Below, piece after piece: positions 1 to 53,754 of a stretch of 64,000 nt of DNA. The first letter of the stretch is position 1. Every line of letters begins with the position of its first letter. The stretch is taken from contig CM059432.1 of the NCBI GenBank assembly GCA_030390025.1, positions 16,308,001 through 16,372,000 on the forward strand, read 5' to 3'. The notes under the pieces were generated by a model. It was not told where the DNA came from and did not search any database. It worked only from the letters and a program-made list of their open reading frames with translations. The DNA is from Squalus acanthias. Lineage: Eukaryota. The position numbers and the translations under genes are program-made.

Positions 1-339
1 GCTTTTTATAGCTTTCCTAGTCTGTTTCTTTGAAGGGTTGCTCAAGAGTCATTTATTACTGAGGAAGCATTGGACTCCACAAGAGGCCAAAGTTGACGTC
101 TTAGATGCTCCACTGACCCTCGGGGACACAGGCCAACACAAGGTCTATAAAGCATAGCAAAGCACCAGTACCTGATGGCAGTCCAGGAGCAATTTTATGT
201 TGAACTTTACTGAGCGCCTGCACAAGTTGTTCTAATTAATCTGGAGAGAGAAGGTCCTATGGGACCTAAAGGATGCAAGAACAGTCACCAATGTACAAGA
301 ACAAAGGAGAAAAGTCTGACCGTGGTAACTATCAGGACG

Positions 340-630
340 TGGGCAACACGGTGGCATAGTGGTTAGCACTGTTGCCTCACAGCGCCAGGGACCCGGGTTC
401 GAATCCAGCCTCGGATGACTGTCTGTGTGGAATTTGCACATTCTCCCCGTGTCTGCGTGGGTTTGCTCCGGTTTCCTCCCACAGTCCAAAGATGTGCGGG
501 TTAGGTTGATTTGGCTATGATAAATTGACCCTTAGTGTTAGGGGGGATTAAATACGGGGATAGGGTGGGATATGTGTCGGTGCAGGCTCGATGGGTCGAA
601 ATGGCCTCTATCTGCACTGTGGGGATTCTG
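340..630 (+). mobile_element. tRNA-derived SINE (HE1/V-SINE-like)
   Basis: A box ggtggcatagtggttagc, B box gggttcgaatcc, V-domain-like gtctgtgtggaatttgcacattctccccgtgtctgcgtgggttt, CR1-like tail. Confidence 0.8.
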
Positions 631-930
631 TGACATCTCACTTCTATCCATAGCTGGCAAGATTGAGTCAGACTCTTAATTGCCTTCTCAATATAGTGGA
701 TAAAAAGGCTTCTGGAATCTCAATGCAACTCACAACAAGCTGAGGGACTATGGCCATGATCTTCATTGCTCACCAAATTCAGAAGTGCAGGAAGCAAAGC
801 CAAGACCCACGTACAGCATTTGTTGACTTGACCAAAGCTTTTGACAGTCAGTCACCCAGACTTAATGAAATTTGGTTGTCTGGCAAAGATCTTGACAGTT
901 CTGAAACAGCTCCATGATGGAATGTGTCTC
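631..930 (+). mobile_element. Degraded non-LTR RT fragment (RTE-like), probably interrupted by the SINE
   Basis: gcatttgttgacttgaccaaagcttttgac encodes the RT motif AFVDLTKAFD. Confidence 0.6.
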
Positions 931-1411
931 AGAATGTGTAATCATGTACATGCAAGTTACTTCTTTATAGGAAGCAGGTTGTAGGATGAAGTTAGTTTTT
1001 AATAGGAAGCTGGAGAAGTATTTCTGGTAAGATGATTAATGCAATTATTTAATTTGACAATAATATTGTTAATGCCAAGTTATCATTTATCAAGCATATT
1101 AAAAATTTCACAAAATTAAGAAAAAACAATTTACTTTTTATTCATTGTTACAAACGTAGGGAAGTTATTTTCAGTTTCTAGTCAAAAGTTTCTCGTTCAG
1201 TTTTGAATATCAGTGTTACTTTTTTTGTAGTCCCATTGGGTATAGAATGAAACTATTTTCAGGCTCTCAAACATTTTTTGGAAGTTTAGACAATCATATG
1301 CATTTCTAATCAGGTATTGCAATGTGTGGCTTTACCAATTTTGGGAAAAACCTTTCCATGCCCCCCTCTCCAACTCCCAATGCTAACTGACCTGTGTATT
1401 TCCAACATTTT

Positions 1412-2099
1412 GGGGGTGAAATTGGGTGCCTTTGCGATAGCGCCACACGGCGCAAATAGCATTGCGACCGGGCATGGCGCTGACATCGACTTCCACTATA
1501 TTCGGTGGTGTTTTTGCAGTGGCGCTATGCCCCGACCTCCTTCGCCCAGAGATCGTGACGTCATTACCCCGGCCTCTAAATTGATTTCCGCCCCCTGCAG
1601 CAGCGCCGGTTGAAAACACCGACAGCTGCAGGAGCCGTGTGGCAGGCGACCGTCTGGCCATCCACTTCAAGGGCGATTATTAAAGGCGAGGTGGCCGAGG
1701 TAAGTGGGGAAAAAAAACTTGCGTTTCCTATTCTAGTTTTTTTTCCCCACAGGTTTCTGCCCGCGATTGATCAGCCTGGCATTCTGCTTGAGTGCCGGGT
1801 TAATCGCGCGGGATCGTAGCTGCCTTGGTGGTCCAGGTAGGTACTTTTTAAATTGCAGAGCCTGCAGCGATGTCCCTTCCCTTTAAGGGAGGGAAGGAGC
1901 CTTTGAATGCGGCAGCGCTGCACGGCCCAGTGTGCAGAGCTGCTGAAGTCTCCACCCTGCTCTCAGACATTAGCGCCCTAAGGAGAAGTGGAGCGCTTCA
2001 CTTCCCTCTTGGAGCGCTAAAATTTTGCGGTCGCCGATGCTAATCAGCGCCGGGTGCTAAAGTTAGTGCCCAAAATGGTCGATACCAAATTTCCCCCCC
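1412..2099. mobile_element. CpG-rich non-autonomous TIR element (Harbinger-like), related to 28787-29664
   Basis: Imperfect TIRs GGGGGTGAAATTGGGT and ACCAAATTTCCCCCCC; internal agatcgtgacgtca and ttaaaggcga shared with the 28.8 kb element. Confidence 0.6.
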
Positions 2100-2134
2100 C
2101 CCCGGTTTTTTTTCTCCCATTATGGCTCATTATC

Positions 2135-2720
2135 ATTCACCTCTGTTCAGTCCGCAAGCATGACCCCAAGCTTCCGGTCGCCTGTCACTTTAATTCTCCA
2201 CTCCACTCTCTCTTCGGCCTCCTACACTGTTCCAATAAAGCTCAACATAAGTTTGAGGAACAGCACCTCTCATCTTTTGATTAGGCACTTTATAACCTTC
2301 CGGTCTCAACATTGAGTTCAACAATTTTAGATCATAACCTCTGCCCCCATTTTTCCCAGATGGCAGCTGTTGATTCTGCTATTTCTATTTACACCTCTTC
2401 TACACCCATCTTTTGTTTGTTTACTTGTACCATTACCATCTCCTTTTGCCCCGCACCATCATCCCTTTTGTCTTTTAATCTCTCCTGCCTTCCACCCCAT
2501 CACAGACCTTCCCTTTTTGTTCTTTCCTCCCCTCTCCCTGCCTCTGCACTTGCTTAAAACCTGTTATAGCTCTAACTTTTTTCAGTTCTGACGGAAGGTC
2601 ATCGACCGGAAACGTTAACGTTGTTTCTCTCTGCACAGATGCTGCCTGACCTGCTGAGTATTTCCAGCATTTTGTTTTTATTTCAGATTTCCAGCATCCA
2701 CAGTATTTTTCTTTTGCAGA
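2135..2720 (+). mobile_element. Penelope-like element 3' fragment (GIY-YIG C-terminus plus terminal repeat with hammerhead-like core)
   Basis: HLCSVRKHDPKLPVACHFNS...QHKFEEQHL...GLNIEFNNF; ctgacgg-a-aggtc-atc-gaccg-gaaacgtt near 2588-2616. Confidence 0.75.
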
Positions 2721-2724
2721 TCAT

Positions 2725-3470
2725 GAAGATAGTTGTAGCCTTCAGAACGATGGACAGAAGCATGGCAGATGGAGTTGAATGCAGAGAAGTGTGAAGTGAC
2801 GCGGTTTGGGAGAACGAATATGGAAAAACAGTATACTATAAATGGCACAATTTTGAAAAGTGTAGATGAGCAGAGACCTTGGTGTCCACATACACAAATC
2901 TTTAAAGGTGGCACGGCAAGTTGATAAGGTGGTTAAAAAAGCATATGGGTTACTTGGGTTTATAAACCGAGGCATATAATATAAAAGCAAAGAGAAGCAT
3001 TGTGGACAATTCTGGGCACTACACTTCAGGAAAGATGTAAAGGCCTTAGAAAGGCTACAGAGGAGGGACTTCAGTTATGAGGAGAAGTTAGGACTGTTCT
3101 CCTTGGAATAGAGGTGACCTAATAAGAGGTTTTCAAGATGATGAGAGATTTTGATAAGAGTAGATAGAGAAAAAATATTCCCTCTGGCGAGTGGTTCAAT
3201 AACCAGAGGTCATAGATTTAAAATCAGTCAAAAGATTCAGAGGGGAGACGAGAATTTTTTTTCACTCAGTCGGGATCCAGAACACACTACTGGAAAAGGT
3301 GGTGGAAGTGGATTCCATAAATCATTTTAGAAAGGAGTTGAACAGGTATTTGAGGAAATTACAGGGTTACGGTCAAAAAATAGGGGTGTAGGACTAAGGA
3401 CAACTGCTCTTTCAAAAAGCCAACACAGGCATGATGGGCCGAATGGTCTCTTTTGGTGCTGTAAGTTTCT
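2725..3470 (+). mobile_element. CR1 LINE 3' fragment (degraded)
   Basis: WQMELNAEKCEV...; typical CR1 3' UTR ending gatgggccgaatggtctct. Confidence 0.85.
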
Positions 3471-4281
3471 ATAAGTTGCACATATTTGAGGTAACATTGA
3501 AATAGTATATTCTTGTGATAACTACAATGAGGGTCTTAAAAGGATGCACCATTAAATACATCCTTACCTATCTATGGGTTAATGTGCATAATTCTGCTGT
3601 GTAACATCTCCAATATCTTGGATTAGGAAATTTTAATAAGTTAATTTTCAGGAACAAATCAAAAATGAAACAATCCAGTCCCTTCATTATTTTATAAACC
3701 TTGATCCAATCACCAAGTCTACCCTTCACTAAAGTATAGAGACCCAGTTCATTGAGCCTATCTGGACAACTAAGGTGTTTAAAACACCTTTAATGTTATA
3801 CAAGTGCCATTATAAATAGCACAAATTCAGACTGTTTTGGAATAAATGTGGGGCGTTCCATTTATGACAATTGGACTAAATGCAAAGATTCAACTGCTAT
3901 GGGACACTATAGCCGCCAAAACAGTAATATTTACATTGAATAGGGTTTCACTTCTTACCAAATTAAAAGGTATGGACATGTGGGGGAGATTTGCATGCTG
4001 GGGCAAGCAGATCAGCAATTTTATATTCAAAATAGAAACTGAAATCAAGCACCACAAGATAGTTACAGGGCAATAGGGTTATTTTCCTTTCTATACAAAA
4101 CTTTGTTTGTAAAAAGTCACCATGCACTATAAATAAAAAAACACAACCAATTTTTCCTTAGTGGGAATGTATAGCTCTACCAGTGGCTGAAAATAAGAAC
4201 AAGGGGTAACAAGAAGCGAGCATACACAAAAAAAATTGCAATTAATCACCACTTGTAGGCAACCAGTTAAAGATACAGAAG

Positions 4282-4287
4282 TTTATT
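4282..4287 (-). terminator. Candidate polyadenylation signal AATAAA with a downstream U/GU-rich element (~4240-4224)
   Basis: Plus strand tttatt at 4282-4287; minus strand reads GCAATTTTTTTTTGTGT about 45 nt downstream; alternative ATTAAA at 3794-3789. Confidence 0.4.
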
Positions 4288-6843
4288 TGTTAAGAAAATG
4301 TTCATACCATACGGCTAGTCAAAAAAATTGATATCTTAGATTCACAAATTCATATATAATGATACTTGTACATCATATCCTGTCAAGAGTTTACAGCATA
4401 GTTATTCAGCTCATTAAAAAATATTGACTGAAAAAGGAATGGACAATTTTAACCTACAGTAAGTATTTACACAACATTAGTAAAACAAACTGCAAGCAAT
4501 GCAAATCCTCATTGCCACAGGAGTGTAAACTGCTCATTCAAGCGCAAATGGACCACAAACACTAGGTTAAGTAACAAACCTTATTTGTGCTGGTTAAAAA
4601 GATTTAAAAAACAATTTGCATTCAGGATCAAAACTACCCTATCTTAAAACATAAAAGCATGAAGAAAAATTTACTGGAAGTCCACTTTGTGCCCAATTCT
4701 ACCAGTGCCCTAAAAAGGAAATAAGCCAACACCTTAAAATGCAGTAGTTACAGAAGGTAGATGAGTTTGTGCAATTCAAAACAAAAAACAGCAAAACAAA
4801 GAATACTCAGAAAACTTTTTCAATGCAGCATATGTCAGGCTTTTGAGGTACTTGAAACTATTTTAAATCCTCTTTTGCCTTAAGGATTTACAAGTAGCAT
4901 TTTATTTTCTCTTCAAAACCATTGTCCAGGATCACCTCGTTTGTCCGCAGTTTTTTCTGTTAACAGCCGTCATATGGCATAAGTGACTGCTGAGAAAGTG
5001 CAACAATACTGATCATTCTATGCAGCATAAATAACGATGCTTTACAATTTCTCAAAATATATTAAGTTTTCAACCTATTTTGTTCATTTAAGCAGTTTAT
5101 GTACAATATAGTCATACACTGCTATTTAACCCCGTCAGCAGATTTTGACATGCAATGGGATGATTACACAAGGCACAAAGAACAAAATAAAGCACTATAA
5201 TAAACTTTAGAGGAAAATAGAATTGTTTGCCTAACTTTGCACCAATTCAAAATTAATTTCAAAAACTAAAAGTTGCTCATTTTGGTCTTTTTTTTGTTAT
5301 ATTTTGAACCAGGGAAATACACCATTTCATAATTATAGTTGCAGCAACCAACTATTGAGGTAGGTCCAGATTAGGGTGAGGTGAGGGGGGGGGGGGTGGT
5401 GTGGGGAACAAAAGAAAAATGGAAGCAAAAGCCAGGTTTTCTCCCAGCTGCCAGTGCCTCTTCCCAAACTTAAAAATATGGATCTTTCATCCATCTGGTG
5501 CAAAAACACTTGGCTGGAAATGGCTTATCTGGTCTTGGGGCAGAAGGAATAGGTCGAGGTGACCTTAATGTAGATGAAAAATGCAAGTTTTCTTTTGTTC
5601 CCTTCTTGTGCAGTGTGGAATAACTTATATTAAAGCCATTTCCCAAGTGTTAAATACAGAATTCTGATTCACATTTCTATGAAAGTACAGGCCAAATAAA
5701 TAAAAGGGAGGCCAGTCAAAGCATATATAATGTTGCACAGCCATCTTGGCACCAAATTCACTTTCCATTCCCTCCCAGAAGAAATAAATCTATAAAATAT
5801 CACAAATTATAATTTTACTTCAAGAATTGAAGTAAGCATTTAAACAAATGGAACAGTCTGTGAAACATCATTACTTCCTTAAGTGGCCTTACAGTTTGTT
5901 TTCCAATATTTAAACAATATTTTGGGAGGTTTATTCCGATCAGAGGCAAACAAAAGACAGTTGACACACTTCAGATTAATTCTGAATTTCAGTTATTTCC
6001 AAAGCACCTTTTTTTTTTGCATGACAGCTTGATGGAAGATATGCTTTTTGCATTAGTTTTTTTTTCTTTTAAGTGCCCAGTGACACATTACGTATAAGCT
6101 GCTTAATATAGTTCGGCTGCTCAATCTTTTTTTGTTAAAAAGACGTGATATTTTCTAAACAGCAGATTGGAGGTTTTAGCTGACAACTCTACTATTACAA
6201 TCTGATTTGTCTTGCATCAACAGATGAACATTAAAGCTTTAAAGGTGGAAATGATGGATCAATAACTCAATGTTAAAGTTCACAAACCAAATAAATTGGC
6301 AGCACTACAGTTCTGAACAGAGCAGAAAGCACAAGATCTGGACCTATCTGCAAGACCACCAGTTTCTCCATAAATGGCAACCAGAAAAAAACCCAATGTA
6401 AAAATCATCCAACTGAAGAGTCGAAATTACAGCATGGTCAAACAACAAGTCGTAGTACGGTGCAATAACATTATTAGTTTAACAATACAAGGTTGTATAC
6501 ATTTTACAGAGCATAGCCATGGGAACCTCAACTGGATTTGCCCCCGGATAATATCAGTGAGTTTCCTGCATTTCTCGACATTTAGCGAATGATTTCTTGC
6601 CATTCCCTCTCCAGAGCACAGTACGCAATTAAGCTGAGCACAAGTTACCACTGGAAGCTTATTTCCAGAGATAATGTTCAGAAGGATTTTCATTATTGGA
6701 AAGTAACTTGGGTTAAATAGTTCTTCACTGAAGCATCAAATAATACAAAAACAGGATCGATCAGATTAATGAAAACAAGGCAAACTAAGTCAAATTGCTA
6801 GGATTATAATTTAGCTGCTGTGAATTTTTCCAATTAGAAATGG

Positions 6844-6951
6844 AAACTGTAAACTATTTTTTGTAATTTCAAAAGATTAAAACCTTTAGGTTAACATAAT
6901 GTTAACCTAAAGGTTTTAACCTCTGAAATTACAAAACATAGTTTGTAGTTT
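6844..6951. repeat. Near-perfect inverted repeat / long hairpin
   Basis: 6877-6897 is the exact reverse complement of 6899-6919 (21 bp); 6844-6871 pairs with 6951-6924 at 25 of 28 positions. Confidence 0.95.
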
Positions 6952-9900
6952 TAAAGAATAGGCTCAGATTGCTAATGTCCTTGGATATCTTCAGTGTCAA
7001 CACTGGGTTTTGGCTATAGGTAACTTAAATTTTATGAAAAAAGGAAGGGTACATCTACTTGGCTTCCATTATTAAGTACTTCTTTTAAAATTCTAGTACA
7101 TGTTCTTTTGGTAGATATGACTGGAAAAAAAAGCACAAAAGAATTCTCACACACATACAAGATCCAGCTTATTTTTAGCACCACTGTGACAAATGTAAAG
7201 GCTTGTGGAAAGTGCACTATAAGTGTGTTTTACACATTGTTTGATCTGTGTTTTAAGTTATAATTATGCCATGCAGTGGAGCCACTAAGTTATAATTGCA
7301 ATTTACAATGATTTTTTTTTTACAATATAAACATGGGCATCCTGCTAGGTTCATGAATTTTGAGAACTGAAATGATTTTTTTTAAAGAAGGCCACACAAG
7401 CTGAATATTGTCCTTAATATAAAGACTCTCAAAAGAGAGACAGTATGTAATGCTTACAAAGATTGCAACTTAACTGACTTTCAGACACCCATTTTATATA
7501 CCTCAGAGGTCAATATGATTTTAAAATGCCACTGCCAAAAGATGGCAAACATTTTAAGAGAGTCACAACTAAAAACATCTGTAACCAATTCATACCATTT
7601 GTTACTTTGTTATTAGCCTTTAGTTTACTGAAGTCTACAAAATTATTTACAAGCACAAATATTTCTTAATTATGCACAACTGACATTTACAATAGAAAAT
7701 GCTAATTGCCATTTAATTCCCATGATGAATTCTGCTACATGCTTAAAATACTAAACTGTTTTACAATCTAGTCCCTTATCTACATTTTTTGTAATTATTA
7801 GAATAACTATCCCAATTGAATGTTGGCCACCAATGGCAGTAATTTATAATAAGGCAGATTTAATCACCCAATTGCAGCACCAATTATTTCTCAAATGGCA
7901 GTGACTGCAATAAATTCTCACAAAGAGCTGCTGCTAGCACAGACCATACAAAGATCGCAGCGCTTGTATTCAAATATTGATTCATTTTCTCTGATTTAAT
8001 GTCAATATCACTGCCAATATACAGCGCAAGAACAGAGAATACAGGGGCCAGTTCGCAGTAGCACCCATAACTTTGAAGCAAGATGTAAACTTTTTATAGT
8101 GCTGGTTAGAGATTGCTTAATAGCTAAGGACACTTTAGTAACCAAATCTGCCCCAGAAACGGGAACAGAGATATGCATCTAGGGATTGTCCAGTTCTAAA
8201 ACAATAGCCCAACACAGTCATCCAGCTGTAGGCAATGACTAACAGAAGAATACTAACTAAAAAAAATAACTATGGCAATGTATTCTCCATCATCTCTAAA
8301 GCTGCACAAATTTCTTGCTAATTTACTTTTTTGAATTTATATTTTTTTTAAAAACCAGCAGAGTTTGATCCAGGATGTCACCAAATAAAATAAGTGCAAT
8401 AGTCAATGTTTTAAAGGAAAACTGAACAGAATGGGATGGGATGAAGTAATTGCAAATACAATGGAACCTGGTTATTGCAAATTTCTCAATAAACTTTTCC
8501 TTCAACATGGCAGCTCAATCATCAAACAACAAAGCAGCTCAAATAACAATAAGATAAACCTTTGGTTACGAACTTCTGTCCAGCCCTACAAGTTTGAAGT
8601 TCAACTATACACTTAAAATAAAATGAATATAAACTACTGCTTCATCAGATTATCGTGCTGGTATTAGTATGCTTAAAAAGGGGTTAAGTTCTAACATCGG
8701 TTCACCCCCTACCTGAATTTCTGTGAAATAATGCCTCATTTCCATAATTAAGCTTTGATAATACACATCTGCCCTAATTTTGAAATAGTATTTTTCCATT
8801 GTAAAAAAAAAAGTTAAGTGTAGTCTTTAAAGCCCTGAGTATTCATTATGCTGTTACTACTTGCTATATGGTCACTTATTTTAATTTCTAGATTAGTAGC
8901 CCTGCACATTTGAAACTGTGCTGCAGTCCAATCATAGGGATTTTCATGGACATCAATACCTCTTCCTTGGCCAACACACCATCTGGATGCGTTTGATCTT
9001 TCTAAAAAGTTTCCTCTCCCATCTCCCTCCCAGCAAACTTCCCCCCTCCTTCCTTCAGATAATCCACATGTAACTGTTAAAACCTGCACTACACAGGAAA
9101 CCTAAGTGCAAATATCAGTCAAGACTCAGGCTTGAACTTGGGTCTCCCGAGTTAATAGTTGAATGCTTTAGTGTTGTAACTAATGAATGTCACAAAGACA
9201 TTCCTGCACTTGTACAGGTTTTTCATAATTACTCAGCAGCCTCATTAGGATTATTTCAGAACTAAAGACTGATACATTTAGTGTGTCCTTCACTATATCC
9301 TCCCTCAACCTCTATTCCAGAACTGTAAGTAAAATATTGCTGGATTCAATGAGGCGCATTAGGACAACATGTTGTAACTCACTGCATTTTTAGAAGCACA
9401 TTTCATCAGTCCTTCCAAGTACATATTTCATAAATAAAAGATTAAAAAAAAATTCTTAAAAACTTCTGAACTGGTTTGGCAAAATATGCCCATTTTTGTA
9501 ATGTGATTTGCAGCATTTTGTCACCACACCTGTACAGAGTACCATGCAGCCAGATACAGAAATAGATGAAAACAGTTTATAAAACTCTTCTACAGTACAG
9601 TTGCCTGTATCTACATCATGTTTGTTACATAACTTCAAAAGCAAAAGTTTTATCCAGAAGATCTATGTACAATATAGTTTTTATTCATGGCCACATAAAT
9701 AAGTTGCTAACACTGAAATTTATGCTGGTTGCACCTTCTTTGAGATTTAAAAATTTGTTGAAGGGTTGAGGTATGTAAAACTAGATGTTTTATACAATGT
9801 TTTGAGTCACTTAATAAGTGCATATAGGCCATTGAAAAGATAATTGTATATACCATACAGAAAGATTTGGCTTCAATCTGGGGATGGATTTTAATCCATG

Positions 9901-11177
9901 AATCATCAGTTTACATCAATTAGATGACTACCGTTTAAAAAAAAAAATGCTTGCCTCGTGGCAAAAACCTAGCACCATCTTTGAACTGCTTTGCCAACAT
10001 GACAAGTGGTGTGTGCTCATTCTGTTTTTGCTGGCACGAGGTAGTTTAAAATTTACTTCGTTCTCAAAAGTTTCGATTTTGATAGTTCTCATCTGACTGC
10101 CCTGTAATAATTGAATTCAAATAGGTGAAGCGGTTGTCATGGCAATCCCTATATCCAACATGGTGGCAGGCCACAGTAGTGGCAGACTAACCATAGCAGA
10201 AAAATATTTCATTTGCATCACTGGCGTTATTGTATCAAGATCTGAGAACTAAACAATTGCAGCATCTTACAAAAATATTAAGAGACTTTAGCTCAATATA
10301 TAAAATAGTAGTGCCCATCTGTTCTAGTTATGTTTTATAGATTGTCTCCAAAGATTAATTGCTTCAAATACACACCAATATTTTCTACTAAACACACCTT
10401 AAAAAGAGACTGCATTCTTTCTGTTGGCAATCTTAGATTATACCTCAAAACTGCTGAGAAAGTAAAACTTACACAATATATTGTCTGCCCAAAAAGGAAA
10501 AACATTAGCTCTTCATAAACTTACTTTCAGTGTTAAAAGACTTTTTTCTCCTCCTTACTGACTCATAAGATGGCCATGTTTCACAGTACTGTATTACAGT
10601 AGTCTTTGAATTCACTGGATAAAACTCCAGATATAATAAAAGGAATGCTGTTTACGTTCTATTTTGAGTTTCAAAATTCTGCCATTTGAAGCCAACAAAC
10701 GGGATACTATATCTTTAAAGACTCACACCATCCTCCAAATTCTTCCATAATATTATCATCCTGAACAAACCTTCATCAAATATGCAGTGGCTAATGCATA
10801 CTATGATGCTTCCACAGAATATACTACCATCTCTTTTGAAAAGCTTTCTACCAGGCTTAATTCTAGTTTTATCTAATGCAGAATTAGGTTGCATTTATTT
10901 AATTCCCATTAGTGACTATATGTACTGAGATCACTACCACAGGCCCCCAAATATTCCATGTTTTTGCTCTTCAAGAAAAATATTACAGGTGACTTGATTC
11001 ACACATTAACAACCATGTAACATTCCACCTCATAACTGAAAGAGGCCTACAGGGTATTGCAATGTACACAGCAACAGAAACACATCTAACTGCTCGTTAG
11101 TCACTACACTGCCTGGGAAATGCAGCCGGTCTGGTCTTAGCCCAGCTCTGTTCAGAAATCCCAACTGAGGACACCTG

Positions 11178-53208
<42,031 letters not shown>

Positions 53209-53754
53209 CTATTTAAAAGAAAAATCAAATCATGAACAGGGAAAAGCAGGACAACAAACATTAACTACAACATATAAAGAAACAGAAATACCTATTCATA
53301 AGTCACATCAACCAAAAACCAGTGAGATAACATCGGCACATAATAAATTTCAATATCCCCCATCAACAATCAACACAAAAAATGACAAGCACTTGTGCAG
53401 AGAGGGTATAATGCATACACAATTTATCTGGATAATAAACTTCAGTAATATAGTCACATAATGGGAATTGAAGGGAGGTCTACCTTTACACCGGTTAATT
53501 TAATTTTCTATCATGTGATGCAAATAAATTAACAAACTTTTGCTCAGAGAAATGATTACTATTGCAATCCTTCTGTGGTCTAATGTAATGTAAAGTAGAT
53601 CCTGTGATGATCTAATCATTTAAAGAGTCAATACATTAGTCACAATAACCACAGCCTGCTATATGGTTAAATGTATCCCATGGGATTGAAGGGGCAGTGG
53701 CACTGTGCATGCGAAATTGGTTGAGACACAGAATAGTATTGAATGGTTTGTTTT

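Larger units (their letters stand above)
3770..11177 (-). other. AGO2: Putative long 3' UTR of AGO2 (~7-7.4 kb; distal end uncertain)
   Basis: Directly follows the stop codon; U-rich on the minus strand; almost no recognisable transposons, unlike the introns and the flank below 3470; seed and Pumilio motifs in sense orientation. Confidence 0.7.

Noticed and set aside
340..415. tRNA gene
   Set aside because: The A and B boxes continue into a SINE body and LINE-like tail; the same applies to the heads at 18293, 42654 and 59143.
1412..2099. CpG island or promoter of a neighbouring gene, and a mini-intron at 1700-1752
   Set aside because: The region is bounded by TIRs and homologous to the element at 28.8 kb; the GT-AG interval is only 53 nt, too short for a typical vertebrate intron.
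4524..8090. miR-30 7mer-A1 sites (4524, 6848, 8084) and miR-17 7mer-m8 sites (4995, 7209)
   Set aside because: AT-rich motifs whose counts are plausible by chance in a UTR of this length; not supportable without conservation data.
9120..9190. B-box-like remnant in the putative UTR
   Set aside because: Too short and degenerate to call a SINE.
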